Source of the DNA: an uncultured cyanobacterium | GTDB lineage: Bacteria; Cyanobacteriota; Cyanobacteriia; PCC-6307; Cyanobiaceae | Length of the DNA stretch: 64,000 nt | NCBI GenBank assembly: GCA_963697335.1 | Contig: CAVONQ010000010.1 | Location: 75,596 to 139,595, forward strand | Reading direction: 5' to 3' | Shown: positions 1-10,260 of the stretch, in pieces | Position numbering within the stretch: position 1 is the first letter of the stretch | Layout of the letters: each line of letters opens with the position of its first letter | Program-made: the position numbers and the translations under genes | The notes under the pieces: generated by a model | Database searches by the model: none | What the model was told of the DNA's origin: nothing | Seen by the model: the letters and a program-made list of their open reading frames with translations, nothing else

Positions 1-703
1 AGAATTCCGACTTGAGGCTTGGATCGTGACGGAAGTCTCCACGCACGATGGAGTTCACCATGCTGGTCTGGGGCTCCTTGACCCCACGCCACTTCATGCA
101 ATAGTGCTGTGCCTTCACCAGAATCGCCAGCCCCTGGGGCTTGCAGAGGCGCTCGATTTCATCAGCCAGGATCATCACGGCCTCTTCCTGGATGTGGGGC
201 CTGGAGAATACCCAGTCGGCCACACGGGAGAATTTGGACAGGCCGATCACCTGGTCGCCAGGCTTGATCCCGATCCAGCAGTTGCCGAGAATCGGCACCA
301 GGTGGTGCGAGCAGGCCGAGCGCACTGAGATGGGGCCAACGGTGTAGATCTCATCCAGCTTCTTGACATTCGGGAAGCTGGCGATCTTTGGCTGGTGGTG
401 GTAGCGACCCTTGAACACCTCATGCAGGTACATGCGCGCGACGCGCTCGGCGGTTTCTTCGGTGTTGTGGTCGTTGTCGATATCGATCACAAGACTGCGC
501 AGCAGTTCGCGCACCTTGCCTGCCACCTCGATCTCGAGCTGATCGAGCTCACCTTCCTGGAGGTGGTTGGCGATGTTGTCGTTGGCGAAGAAGGCCACGC
601 CCTCCTTCTCGAGGCGATCCCGGATGCGCAGCGAAACGGGCATGGGGGTGGTGTTCGGCGCCGAGCCGCTGGCACTGAAACTGGAAGGAAACGTGGACGT
701 CAT
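1..703 (-). CDS. folE: GTP cyclohydrolase I (3' end runs off the window)
   Basis: Not in the ORF track. Translated by hand from ATG 703: MTSTFPSS...TAERVARMY...VRSACSHHLVP...VIGLSKFSR...SRPHIQE...AQHYCMKWRGV, which carries the GCH-I Zn-binding motifs. Confidence 0.93.
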   Translation of the reverse strand, partial: MTSTFPSSFSASGSAPNTTPMPVSLRIRDRLEKEGVAFFANDNIANHLQEGELDQLEIEVAGKVRELLRSLVIDIDNDHNTEETAERVARMYLHEVFKGRYHHQPKIASFPNVKKLDEIYTVGPISVRSACSHHLVPILGNCWIGIKPGDQVIGLSKFSRVADWVFSRPHIQEEAVMILADEIERLCKPQGLAILVKAQHYCMKWRGVKEPQTSMVNSIVRGDFRHDPSLKSEF

Positions 704-708
704 AGGAG

Positions 709-1419
709 TCAGAGCGCGCCGGCGGCCGGCATAAGGGTCAGATCGTCCACCACCTGGGTGGCGGGCTGTTGGGCCAGGTACAGCAGGGCATCGGCGGCCC
801 GCTCAGAATCAAGCATGGCATGGCGATCAAATGAACTGTGGACGGTTTCACTGTCCCAGAGGGGAGTATTCACCGCACCCAGGGTGAGCGTGCTGACACG
901 AATGCCATGGCCCCGCTCTTCCACAGCCAAACAACGGCTGAGCGAAGCGAGGGCCGCCTTGCTGACGCAATAGGCTCCCCAGTCGGGGAAGGCCTGGTGC
1001 GCGGCATGGCTGCTCACGTTGATGATCAATCCCCCTCCCCGGGCCCGTAGTCGGGGCACCAGGCACTGGCAGACCTGGAACACCGCCGTGAGATTGAGCT
1101 GCATGAGCTGCTGCCACTGGGCCAGGGCCATGGTGGTCAACGCTCCGGTGTAGGCCATACCGGCGTTGTTGATCACCACATCGGGTTCGAGGCCCCGGGA
1201 GCAGAGATCCTCCAGCCCCGGGCCCACGCTGTCGGGCTGGCCGAGGTCGATGGCCTCGATTTCCACCCGGCAGCCTGAGCTGGCCAGGTCAGCCGCCTGG
1301 TGCGCCAGGGACTGGCGATCGCGGGCAAGCAGCAGCAGATCGAAACCTGCCGCCGCAAAACGCCGAGCTGTTGCAGCCCCAATCCCTCGGGACGAGCCGG
1401 TGATCAGAACTGTGGGCAA
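709..1419 (-). CDS. SDR family oxidoreductase
   Basis: TGSSRGIG Rossmann motif, NNAG, YCVSK catalytic motif. Start placed at TTG 1419; the ORF is open to 1497. Confidence 0.88.
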   Translation of the reverse strand: MPTVLITGSSRGIGAATARRFAAAGFDLLLLARDRQSLAHQAADLASSGCRVEIEAIDLGQPDSVGPGLEDLCSRGLEPDVVINNAGMAYTGALTTMALAQWQQLMQLNLTAVFQVCQCLVPRLRARGGGLIINVSSHAAHQAFPDWGAYCVSKAALASLSRCLAVEERGHGIRVSTLTLGAVNTPLWDSETVHSSFDRHAMLDSERAADALLYLAQQPATQVVDDLTLMPAAGAL

Positions 1420-1500
1420 GGGGGAAGGGGGTGACGACGGCTTGGAAGGCTGGTAACCGAGGACCTCGGTGAGGGCCCTTCCAAGCGGTTGACTCAAACC

Positions 1501-2490
1501 TTAAGGGCGGAGCGAGCGCTCTGGGGCACCGGATTCCAGCACCTGGCCCATGCGGCGAAACTTCTCGTAGCGCGCCTGCTGCAAAGCGGCGGCGTCCAGG
1601 CTGCTCAGCTGGCCGAGGTGATCGAGCAGGGCGGCCTTGAGGGTGTCGGCCGCCTGCAGCGGCGCCCAGTGGTTACCCCCTGAGGGTTCCGGCAACACCT
1701 GATCCACAATGCCGAGCCTGAGCAGATCGGCTCCGGTGATCTTCAGGGCTTCGGCGGCCTCGGGGGCCTTGCCGGCGTCGCGCCAGAGGATCGAGGCGCA
1801 GGCCTCCGGTGACGCCACCGTGTAGACGCTGTGCTCGAACATCAGCAGTCGATCGGCCACGCCGATGCCGAGGGCACCACCCGATCCCCCCTCACCGATC
1901 ACCGTGGCCAGGATCGGCACCCGCAGCCGGAACATCTCGCGCAGGTTCACCGCAATCGCCTCCCCCTGGCCCTGCTCCTCGGCCAGAACACCGGCATAGG
2001 CCCCGGGGGTGTCGATGAAACTCAGAATCGGCAGCCGAAAGCGGTCGGCATGCTCCATCAGCCGCATCGCCTTGCGGTAGCCGCCCGGCGAGGCCATGCC
2101 GAAGTTGCGGGCCACGTTCTCCTTGGTGTCGCGCCCCTTCTGGTGACCCAGCAGCATCACGCTGATGCCGTTCACCCGGCCCACACCCCCCACCAGGGCC
2201 TGGTCGTCAGAGCCGCGGCGGTCGCCGTGCAGCTCGAGGAAGCTGTCAGTGATCAGCTGGATGTAATCGAGGGTGCTGGGTCGCTGGGGGTGGCGGGCCA
2301 CCTGGATCTTCTGGGCGGCACTGAGGCCGTCGAAGATCTCCTTGCGCCGCCTGGTGGCCAGGGTTTCCAGCTGCAGCAGCTGCTGGCTCACATCCACTTC
2401 GGAGTCACGCGCCAACTGGCGGATCTGCTCGATCTGATCCTCCAGTTCCACCAGAGGTTTTTCAAATTCGAGCAGAGCGCGGCGGGCCAT
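1501..2490 (-). CDS. accA: Acetyl-CoA carboxylase carboxyltransferase alpha subunit
   Basis: [36 protein letters not shown]. Confidence 0.97.
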   Translation of the reverse strand: MARRALLEFEKPLVELEDQIEQIRQLARDSEVDVSQQLLQLETLATRRRKEIFDGLSAAQKIQVARHPQRPSTLDYIQLITDSFLELHGDRRGSDDQALVGGVGRVNGISVMLLGHQKGRDTKENVARNFGMASPGGYRKAMRLMEHADRFRLPILSFIDTPGAYAGVLAEEQGQGEAIAVNLREMFRLRVPILATVIGEGGSGGALGIGVADRLLMFEHSVYTVASPEACASILWRDAGKAPEAAEALKITGADLLRLGIVDQVLPEPSGGNHWAPLQAADTLKAALLDHLGQLSSLDAAALQQARYEKFRRMGQVLESGAPERSLRP

Positions 2491-2526
2491 GGGGTGGCTG
2501 GGGAGCGAGGGGGAAGAGCTCGGTCG

Positions 2527-3576
2527 TCAGGCGATCGAGAGGGCGGGTGATGGGGAGCCGGCCGGCTCCAGGCCCAGGGATTGGAAGCCGTGGCGCAAGG
2601 AGGCTTCGCCGATCAGGTCCATGGCGGCCAGGTTGATGTTGTTGCGCCCCCAGCTGAAGTTGGTATGGATGTCTTCGAAGTCGAGCAGCATGGCCTCCGC
2701 AAAGCAGGCAAACATCTGCCGCTCGGGCACCGCCATCTCGGCCAGCTCCATCATCTGCCAGCCGATGTCCTGCCAGAACTCGACAATGCCGCCCTTGAGC
2801 ACGTGAATGCCCTCGGCGGCGGCCTTGGTGTCGAGGTTCTTGGGGTAGCCGCCGTCGATCATCAGGCAGGGGCGCTTGAGGCTGCCGGTGTCGATGGTGA
2901 GGCTCTGGGGCAGGCTGGCCACCCATACCACCACGTCAGCCTCGGGCAGGGCCGCCTCCAGGGGCAGGATCCTGCCTTCCCCCAGGCTTTCCTGCAGCTC
3001 CACCAGGGGTTGGGGTCGCCTGGCCACCAACAGCAGTTCGCCAACGCCCGTGCGCTGCAGCCAACGGCAGACGGCACTGCCGATGTCGCCGCTGGCGCCC
3101 ACCACGGCCACATTGGCCCTGGCCAGGTCGATGCCCAGTTTTGGGGCGTTGCGCTCCACCTGCTGACAGATCACCCAGGCGGTGTGGGTGTTGCCGGTGG
3201 TGAAGCGACTCCAATCGAGCTGGACGGCACTGATGCGTTCTTCGCGCAGCAGATTGAGGTCTTCGAAGATGATCGAGGTAAAACCACCCAGGGCGGTGAT
3301 GTCAATGCCAGAGCGTTGCACCAGCTCCATGGCTTTGAGCACCTTGCGCTTGGCCGTCTTGAAACGACGCAACATCTCCGGCACAAACACCGAATCGATG
3401 TAGGCGCCCTTGATCACTTTCCCGGTGCGGCTGGTCACCTGCACATGCTCGACCAGCTGGGGTGGCGCTGCACACCACATATCGAGGTCCCCATCGGCGA
3501 ACTCGTCAAATCCCAGGGAGCGAGCCTTGGCCCTGGCCTCCTCAAAGCTGGTGGAGTGCCCGATGAGGCCGAACAT
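2527..3576 (-). CDS. aar: Long-chain acyl-ACP reductase (alkane synthesis)
   Basis: MFGLIGH start, [32 protein letters not shown]; lies downstream of ado. Confidence 0.95.
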   Translation of the reverse strand: MFGLIGHSTSFEEARAKARSLGFDEFADGDLDMWCAAPPQLVEHVQVTSRTGKVIKGAYIDSVFVPEMLRRFKTAKRKVLKAMELVQRSGIDITALGGFTSIIFEDLNLLREERISAVQLDWSRFTTGNTHTAWVICQQVERNAPKLGIDLARANVAVVGASGDIGSAVCRWLQRTGVGELLLVARRPQPLVELQESLGEGRILPLEAALPEADVVVWVASLPQSLTIDTGSLKRPCLMIDGGYPKNLDTKAAAEGIHVLKGGIVEFWQDIGWQMMELAEMAVPERQMFACFAEAMLLDFEDIHTNFSWGRNNINLAAMDLIGEASLRHGFQSLGLEPAGSPSPALSIA

Positions 3577-3636
3577 GCGCAGAAGTGGAGGATGTCGCGG
3601 ACGCTACATCCTCCCATGGGGGTGTGGGGCAGCTCG

Positions 3637-4380
3637 TCAGCCGACCAGAGCAGCGGCAGCAAGCTTGGCGATTTCGCGGCTGGTGAAGCCGATGTCCATC
3701 AGGGCCTCCTGGTAGGAACTGAGGAAATCGGCCATCAGGTCTTCCTTGTCCATCAGCAGCACGGCGGCGTCATCGGCCACCTGATCGAGCATCTTGCGCA
3801 CGAGTGGCAGATTCTCCCGGTTGGCCTGCTCAAGCTCCTCTCGCACGTTGTCCAGATTGGCCTTGAGCCACTCCTGGCCATAGTTGAGGTGGGTGTACTC
3901 ATCCTTGACCACCCCCTCAGTGATGCGGCGGGCGAAGGGGTCGGCCACCGGGATGTAGATGTGGTAGGCCGAAATGGCGAAAGCTTCGATCAGGATGGCC
4001 TGAATCAGCAGACAGGTGGTGACCTTGCCTTCCTCCAGGGCCTTCTGGAAGTTCCTGTGCAGCGGGGAGAAGAATTCCTTGGCGAACGGCATGTCCGCCG
4101 TGACACTCAGGTTGTTGGCACAGGCGGTAAAGCCCTTCATGTGCTTCAGCTCCATGCGGGCCAGCTTGGCCAGCTCATCGGCCTGGTCAGGGATCAGGGT
4201 GCCCAAGGCGATGTAGTTGTCGTGGGCTTCCTGCTCACCCTCGATCACGATCGCATTGATGCGGCTGTAAGCGTCCTTGTAGGTGGGGCTGGCGAAATCC
4301 GGCAGACCGTCGGCCGGAGTCTGGCCGTTGCTGGCAGCACCGGTGGTTTCGACGACAGCAGGGTGGGCGACAGATGCCAT
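3637..4380 (-). CDS. ado: Aldehyde-deformylating oxygenase
   Basis: [23 protein letters not shown]; di-iron motifs ELKH and EYTH. Confidence 0.96.
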   Translation of the reverse strand: MASVAHPAVVETTGAASNGQTPADGLPDFASPTYKDAYSRINAIVIEGEQEAHDNYIALGTLIPDQADELAKLARMELKHMKGFTACANNLSVTADMPFAKEFFSPLHRNFQKALEEGKVTTCLLIQAILIEAFAISAYHIYIPVADPFARRITEGVVKDEYTHLNYGQEWLKANLDNVREELEQANRENLPLVRKMLDQVADDAAVLLMDKEDLMADFLSSYQEALMDIGFTSREIAKLAAAALVG

Positions 4381-4496
4381 AGGGGCCGCAGCTCAAGCAA
4401 TGGCCAGACTGTAACCACCCCTGGTGAAACTCGGCCCAGCGGTTGCCCGAACAGCACCGTTGCCGGAACAGCCCAGTGGCCCCAGGTCTGCCCGGT

Positions 4497-5309
4497 TCAG
4501 GCGCCCGCCTGCTCCGCCGGCGGGGGAACGGGCGGCCAGTCGCTGGCCAGCAGGGACTCCAGCCGGCGCGTCCACCCGTCCACCAGGCGTTCGAACAGGT
4601 CGGCGCCCAGGGCCGCCGTGGCCCCCCGGCTGTCGCCGATCACGCCGCTGCTGGTGAGGTCGTGGCTCAGCCAGGCGCAGGGGGCCGCCCCCTCCAGACT
4701 CCAGCCCTCGGGGGGCGCCGGTCCCTCCACCCCATCGCGGGGGCGCTCGGGTCCCACCAGTTCGGGGGCTAGATGGAGCATCAGACTGGTTTCCGCCAGG
4801 CCGGCATGGAGGCCTTGCAGCCGTTCGGCCTGGGGCAACAGCGGGCCCAGCCCCTCCGGCCCGCTCCACAGGAAGCAGGGCAACACGGCCATCTGGGGCG
4901 CGGCGGCCCGCAGCTGCCGCGCTGCCGCCTGCAGCAGCGCGATCTGGCCGCCGTGGCCGTTGAGCAGCACGAGCCTGCGGAATCCGGCAGAAGCGAGCTG
5001 CTGGCCGATGCCCTGCACCAGGTCCACCACCACATGGGAGGGCAGGCTCAGGGTGCCGGGGAAGCCCAGGTGCTCCGGCGAAAACCCCATGGGTTGGAGC
5101 GGCAGTCGCCAGATGGGCCGATCCTGCGGCAGCCGGGCCAGCACCGCTTCCACCAGTCGCTCAGCGAAGACGGCGTCGGTGCCTAGGGGCAACTGGGGGC
5201 CGTGCTGCTCCACAGCACCCCAGGGCCAGACCACGGTGCTGCCGTCACGAGCCGCGGCCCGCTGCAGCTCGGGCCAGGGCAGCGCCATCAGTTCGTGCTG
5301 CAGGGGCAT
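4497..5309 (-). CDS. Creatininase-family amidohydrolase
   Basis: EQHGPQLPLGTD, NGHGG, HAGLAETS, GVIGD. Start uncertain (5309 or 5351). Confidence 0.85.
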   Translation of the reverse strand: MPLQHELMALPWPELQRAAARDGSTVVWPWGAVEQHGPQLPLGTDAVFAERLVEAVLARLPQDRPIWRLPLQPMGFSPEHLGFPGTLSLPSHVVVDLVQGIGQQLASAGFRRLVLLNGHGGQIALLQAAARQLRAAAPQMAVLPCFLWSGPEGLGPLLPQAERLQGLHAGLAETSLMLHLAPELVGPERPRDGVEGPAPPEGWSLEGAAPCAWLSHDLTSSGVIGDSRGATAALGADLFERLVDGWTRRLESLLASDWPPVPPPAEQAGA

Positions 5310-5430
5310 GGGGGCGGCCGGAGTCGGAGCGGAAGGGGGCTGGCGTGGCATCGGGACGGGGCGGCCCTGGGTCCCGCCGAATCCCCATGAATCCAATCTC
5401 TACAGTGTGCTGCGCTCAGCAGCAGCACCG

Positions 5431-6693
5431 ATGGCCGGATCAGGCAACAGTTCGCCCGCCCCGTCCTCCCGGCCCGTGCCGCCGAGGCCGCCCCGTTCTG
5501 GCGCGGAGCCCCCGCAGCGCAAGCCCCCTCAGGTGTTGCTGATCAAGAAGGATCAGCCGGCCGCCCCGGTGCCGGCGGCCCCGCTGGTGGCTGACCAGGA
5601 TTCCCCAGCCAGCCCCCGAGCGGCGTCACCGGTCCACACGCCCCAGACCCAGCCCCCGGCAGCCCCGCGGAGCGACGACGAGCTGTTTGACCTGGGGGGA
5701 ATGGAGGGCCTCACCATGGCCGACCTGCTGGGGCCCGATGGCTCCCGCCAGGCCCGTCCCCGAGCCGCCGAGTCCCCTGGTCGGCCCGCCAGCCGCAGCG
5801 TCGACGAGTTCGACTTTGACGAACAGGCCTTTCTCGCCGCGCTTGACGAGCAGGACTTCGTGGGCTCCACCGGTGAGGTGGTGACCGGTGTGGTGGTGGG
5901 CCTCGAGAGCGACGGTGTCTATGTGGACATCGGCGGCAAGGCGCCGGGCTTCATGCCCAAGAAGGAAGCCGCCCTCGGCGTGATCACCAACCTCAAGGAG
6001 CGCTTCCCCAGCGGCACCGCCGTGGAGGTGCTGGTGACCCGGGAGCAGAACGCCGACGGCATGGTCACGGTGAGTGCCCGCGCCCTGGCCCTGCGCCACA
6101 GCTGGGAGAAGGTGCGGACGCTTGAGAAGGAGGGCAAGGTGGTACAGGTCAAGGTGAGCGGCTTCAACCGTGGCGGCGTCACCTGTGATCTCGAGGGGCT
6201 CAGGGGCTTCATTCCCCGCTCCCAGCTCGTGGAGGGGGAGAACCACGAGGCTTTGGTGGGCAAGACCCTGGGGGTCACGTTCCTGGAGGTGAATGCCGAG
6301 ACCCACAAGCTGGTGCTCTCGGAGAAGAAGGCCGCCACAGCGGCTCGCTTCAGCCAGCTGGAGGTGGGCCAGCTGGTGGAGGGCGTGGTGGTGTCGGTGA
6401 AGCCCTACGGCTTCTTTGTGGATCTGGGCGGCATCAGTGGGCTGCTGCACGCCAGCTGCATCACCGGTGCCGAGCTGCGCGATCTGCGCGAGGCATTCAG
6501 CCAGGGGGAGCGGCTCTGCGCCCTCGTCACCGACCTTGACCCCGGGCGGGGTCGCATTGCCCTGAACACGGCCCTGCTGGAGGGCCAGGCCGGGGAGCTG
6601 CTGGTGGACAAACAGCGGGTGATGGAGGAGGCCGCCGACAGGGCCAATCGGGCCCGTTCGCTGCTGCGTCAGCAAGAACAGGCGGCCGGATGA
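5431..6693 (+). CDS. S1 RNA-binding domain protein (cyanobacterial ribosomal protein S1 homologue B)
   Basis: Three S1 repeats (YVDIGGK, GLRGFIPRSQL, KPYGFFVDLGGISGLLH) after a Pro-rich N-terminus. This is the real 3' part of track ORF 2581..6693. Confidence 0.88.
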   Translation: MAGSGNSSPAPSSRPVPPRPPRSGAEPPQRKPPQVLLIKKDQPAAPVPAAPLVADQDSPASPRAASPVHTPQTQPPAAPRSDDELFDLGGMEGLTMADLLGPDGSRQARPRAAESPGRPASRSVDEFDFDEQAFLAALDEQDFVGSTGEVVTGVVVGLESDGVYVDIGGKAPGFMPKKEAALGVITNLKERFPSGTAVEVLVTREQNADGMVTVSARALALRHSWEKVRTLEKEGKVVQVKVSGFNRGGVTCDLEGLRGFIPRSQLVEGENHEALVGKTLGVTFLEVNAETHKLVLSEKKAATAARFSQLEVGQLVEGVVVSVKPYGFFVDLGGISGLLHASCITGAELRDLREAFSQGERLCALVTDLDPGRGRIALNTALLEGQAGELLVDKQRVMEEAADRANRARSLLRQQEQAAG

Positions 6694-7694
6694 GCGATCT
6701 GAATCCGCCGACGCCTGCCGTTCCGGCCCGACCCCCAACGTCGCAGACGGAGACCTCTGGGCCCGCTGCCACGGCACCCGCGGCGGTCCCCGTTGCCCCG
6801 ACCGCGCCTGGATCGCCGATCGGCCCTGACTGGGAGCTCGATTTCTATTCCCGCCCCATCCTGGATCCCGAGGGCAAAAAACGCTGGGAGCTGCTGATCT
6901 GCTCCACCCCCGAGGTGGGTAAGGACGGCGCTGCTGCCAAGGACAGCTTTCGCTGGGTGCGGGCCTGTCCCGCCTCCAGCGTCAATTCGATCTGGCTGCG
7001 GGAGGCCCTGCAGGCCGCCCAGGCCGAGGCGACCGCCGCAGGATTGGCGCCGCCGCGGCGGTTGCGCTGCTGGCGAGCCTCGATGTGCACCATGGTGCAG
7101 CGGGCTGCCGAGGGTCTGGGACTGGACCTCATCCCCAGCCGCCGCACCTATGCCCTGGTGGGCTGGCTGCAGCAGCGCGAGCGGGAGGTGTATCCCCAGC
7201 AGGAGGGCTACCTGGCCGGCCCCCTGGCACCGCCTCCCCAGGCCGTGCGGCCGGTGCCGCTGCCCCTGCCCGAGGCCGCCCGGGGTGACAGTTGGGCCTG
7301 GGCCAGCCTGCCGGTGAAGGCCCTGGCCGGGGCCAAGGCCTGGGACAGCGGCTTCGCGGGCCTGGTGCCCCTGCCCGAGGACGCCGCCGCCGATGCTGCC
7401 GTGCCTGGCCTGCGGCTGTTCAGCTCCCGTCGCGCCCTGGCGGTGGCTGGCTGGCTGGCGGGCCTGGAGCCGGTGCGCCTGGAGATCGTGGGCACCCAGC
7501 TGGTGCTGGAAGCGGGCATGGATGATCGCTGGTTGCTGGCCACCCTGCCCGAGGCCGAGGCTGAGGCGGCGGCGCAGGCCTTCACCACGTCGCGGCAGCA
7601 GGCAGCGGGCCTTCAGTTCATCGCGGTGCAGAGCCGCGAGAGCGATCAGCGGTTCGAGGGGTTCTGGCTGCTGCGGGATCTGCCCGATGGCTGA
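6690..7694 (+). CDS. Tab2/Atab2-family RNA-binding protein
   Basis: WELDFYSRPILD..GKKRWELLIC, VNSIWL, PSRRTYAL, GFWLL. Confidence 0.88.
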   Translation: MSDLNPPTPAVPARPPTSQTETSGPAATAPAAVPVAPTAPGSPIGPDWELDFYSRPILDPEGKKRWELLICSTPEVGKDGAAAKDSFRWVRACPASSVNSIWLREALQAAQAEATAAGLAPPRRLRCWRASMCTMVQRAAEGLGLDLIPSRRTYALVGWLQQREREVYPQQEGYLAGPLAPPPQAVRPVPLPLPEAARGDSWAWASLPVKALAGAKAWDSGFAGLVPLPEDAAADAAVPGLRLFSSRRALAVAGWLAGLEPVRLEIVGTQLVLEAGMDDRWLLATLPEAEAEAAAQAFTTSRQQAAGLQFIAVQSRESDQRFEGFWLLRDLPDG

Positions 7695-8508
7695 GGCCGT
7701 GCCACCGCCGTTCGATCGGCCTGATGCGGGATTCAATCAACTGGCTGGCTGGACCTGGGTGGGCTGCTACGGCGGCTACTACCTGCAGTCCGACCTGCTC
7801 ACGGGCTTTGAGCACGGCTTTTTCACCCGCCAGTGGCAGGGCCGCACTCCCGAGGTGCTGGTGGGCTATCTCAGTGCCGGCGTCACGGTGCACCGGCCCC
7901 AGCAGGTCCATGGAGGCCTGGTGCTGCCCGCCAGCAAGGCGACGCTGGAGCCCTGGCCCGAGGCGGATGGGCTGGTCAGCGATGCCGGTGCCCAGAGTCT
8001 GTGGGTGTGCGGTGCTGACTGCACCCCCGTGCTGCTGGCCGACCCCCGCAGCGGCAGGGTGGCGGTCTGCCATGCCGGCTGGCGGGGGGTGGCGGAGCGC
8101 ATCCTGCCGGCTGCGGTGGCCCAGCTGGAGGTCGCCGGCTGCCGGGCGGCAGACCTGCTGGTGGCCCTGGGCCCCGCCGTGTCGGGGGAGCGGTACCAGG
8201 TGCTGCGCGTTGTGAGCGAACGGGTGGCCCTAAGCCTCACGCCTGAGGCCACTGCCGCCCCCACGGCCACTGCTGAGGCCCTTGAGGCCCTCCAGGCCTG
8301 TGGTGCCCTGCTGGGCGATCCCGAGCCCGGCCATGACCGGCTCGACATCCGGGCCGCTGCCCGAGCCCAGCTGCTGCACTGCGGCATCCCCGCCGAGCAG
8401 ATCGCCACCTGCCCCCTCTGCACCGTGACCGAGAGCGAGCTGTTCCACTCCTGGCGCCGTGACCAGGTGAAGGCGGTGCAGTGGAGTGGAATCGTGGCCC
8501 AGGGCTGA
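7687..8508 (+). CDS. pgeF: PgeF/YfiH family (laccase-domain) protein
   Basis: HGFFTR, QVHG, ADCTPVL, HAGWRG, CT...FHSWRRD; ATG 7687 overlaps the upstream stop. Confidence 0.87.
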   Translation: MAEAVPPPFDRPDAGFNQLAGWTWVGCYGGYYLQSDLLTGFEHGFFTRQWQGRTPEVLVGYLSAGVTVHRPQQVHGGLVLPASKATLEPWPEADGLVSDAGAQSLWVCGADCTPVLLADPRSGRVAVCHAGWRGVAERILPAAVAQLEVAGCRAADLLVALGPAVSGERYQVLRVVSERVALSLTPEATAAPTATAEALEALQACGALLGDPEPGHDRLDIRAAARAQLLHCGIPAEQIATCPLCTVTESELFHSWRRDQVKAVQWSGIVAQG

Positions 8509-8535
8509 TCCCCAGCCCGCCCCAGGTCGCCTGAT

Positions 8536-10221
8536 TCAGCCCGTGGGCTCGCCGCCGAACAACTCCAGCTGCTGCACCCTGCTGTCGCGCGGACGCCTTG
8601 GGGCGCGGGGTCGCTCCACGGGCGTGCGGCCGCCCATAAACCAGCTCTCCAGCGCGGCTCGCTCCTCTCTCTCGAGGCTGCCGGGCTCCAGGCCTTCCGG
8701 AAAAAGGGCCGGATGGCGCTCTTGGCACCAGTCGGTGCAGCTGCCGGGGATGCGGCTGGCCCCGAAGGGGGTGACATCGCTCGGCATGGCACTGAAGCTG
8801 CCCCGGCTCCATCCCTGGCGTCGCTTTTGGAGCCAGGCCAGGCGGTCCGCTCGGGCGCTGGCGTAGTCGAGCATGGGCGGCGGATAGTCGGCCATGGCAG
8901 GCGGTTGGCCCAGCTGGTCGTTGGTGAGGCCTTCGAGCTCCGGCAGCCAGCGACGCACGAACACCCCCTGGGGGTCGCAGCGGTCCACCGCCAGCTGCCC
9001 TGGGTGGTAGATGCGGGTCCAGGCCCCCTGGCCACCCGTGTCGCCGCCTCCCTTCGCGTCGCCACCGGTGGTGACGCCCGCCTGCATCGCCCACTGGTAG
9101 TGATCGATGGGACAGTCGCCATCGAGCAGATGGCGCATGTAGTGGAGGGCGCCGTAACGCCAGTCGATGCCGCAGAGATTGGTGAGGAAGCTGGCGTGAA
9201 TGGCACGGCTGCGGAAGTTGAGCTCGTGCCAGCCGCCGGTGGCCAGCAGACAACGGGAGGCGGCATCGACGATCGGGAAGCCGGTGCGCCCCTCCTGCCA
9301 GCGCAGATAAAGCTCCTCCTGGCGGGCGTTGAGCCGGGCCTCCTGCTGGTGGCAGTGCCACAGGGGCTCCAGTTCCAGTTGGGGGAGGTACCGAAACCGC
9401 TGGGCCATGCCCGCACCCCAGCGCAGACGACTCACCAGCTGCCGCCAGCTGCGCTGCTGGCCGCTGTCCCCGTGCTGCAGCGGCGCGATGGCTTGGAGGC
9501 ATTGGCGATGGCTCACCACCCCGAACTTGAGGTAGGGGCTGAGGCCGGAACTGGCGCGGGCGGCGGGGTAGCTGAGCTGCCAGTAGTAGCGCGACGACAC
9601 GCCCTGGCTGCAGAACAACTTCAGTCGCTTCAAGGCTGCCGTTGTGCCGGCCGGCGGCCGGGGTTTGCCGTCGTCACCCAGCCCCAGGGCCGCCAGATCC
9701 GGCAGGGGAGTGGGCGCTCCGTCGGGGTGGGGAGGGGTTCGCAGCCGGGTGGGGGCCGGCAGGGCCGGCTCCGCCATCGCCGCGTGCCAGGATCGGCGAA
9801 ATTGGGTGTAGGGCAAAAGGGCAGCCACTGCTCCCGGAGGTTCTATCCAGTGGATGGGTATGCCCGCCTTGGCCAGTAGGCGATTGACGCGGGCATCGCG
9901 GACCCGGCCCACGATCCTCTCACTGTCCACATGGGCCACAACGCCATCGGCGCGGTAGTCGCGGACAACCTGCAGGAGGGTGGCGGCCGGTTCGCCCCAG
10001 CGCACTTCCAGGCGTGACTGACGCGCTTGCAGATCCTTGGCAAGGCTGGCGAGGCTATCCAGCATGACGGCCACCCGGGCAGCACCGGTTTCGGGATGCA
10101 GCAGCAGGGCCGGGTCGAGAATAAACAGCGGCACTACCCCTCCATCGCAGGGGATATGACACAGGGCTGGGTGATCGCTGATCCTGAGATCCCGACGAAA
10201 CCAGACAACCTGCAGAGTCAT
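8536..10221 (-). CDS. Divergent cryptochrome/photolyase-family flavoprotein
   Basis: VWFRRDLRISDHPAL, SGLSPYLKFG, WQEGRTGFPIVDA, IDWRYG, DPQGVFVRRWLPEL. Confidence 0.9.
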   Translation of the reverse strand: MTLQVVWFRRDLRISDHPALCHIPCDGGVVPLFILDPALLLHPETGAARVAVMLDSLASLAKDLQARQSRLEVRWGEPAATLLQVVRDYRADGVVAHVDSERIVGRVRDARVNRLLAKAGIPIHWIEPPGAVAALLPYTQFRRSWHAAMAEPALPAPTRLRTPPHPDGAPTPLPDLAALGLGDDGKPRPPAGTTAALKRLKLFCSQGVSSRYYWQLSYPAARASSGLSPYLKFGVVSHRQCLQAIAPLQHGDSGQQRSWRQLVSRLRWGAGMAQRFRYLPQLELEPLWHCHQQEARLNARQEELYLRWQEGRTGFPIVDAASRCLLATGGWHELNFRSRAIHASFLTNLCGIDWRYGALHYMRHLLDGDCPIDHYQWAMQAGVTTGGDAKGGGDTGGQGAWTRIYHPGQLAVDRCDPQGVFVRRWLPELEGLTNDQLGQPPAMADYPPPMLDYASARADRLAWLQKRRQGWSRGSFSAMPSDVTPFGASRIPGSCTDWCQERHPALFPEGLEPGSLEREERAALESWFMGGRTPVERPRAPRRPRDSRVQQLELFGGEPTG

Positions 10222-10230
10222 GCTATTTGC

Positions 10231-10260
10231 TTGCAATCGGTTGGGTCGAATGGTAATAAT
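10231..10260 (+). promoter_or_regulatory. Candidate sigma70 promoter of the AbrB-like gene
   Basis: TTGCAA (10231-36), then 17-18 nt, then TAATAAT (10254-60), in an AT-rich divergent gap. Confidence 0.4.

Noticed and set aside
2581..6693. 1370-aa + strand ORF
   Set aside because: The first ~950 codons are antisense to aar, ado and the creatininase gene. Only 5431-6693 encodes a recognisable protein (S1 domains).
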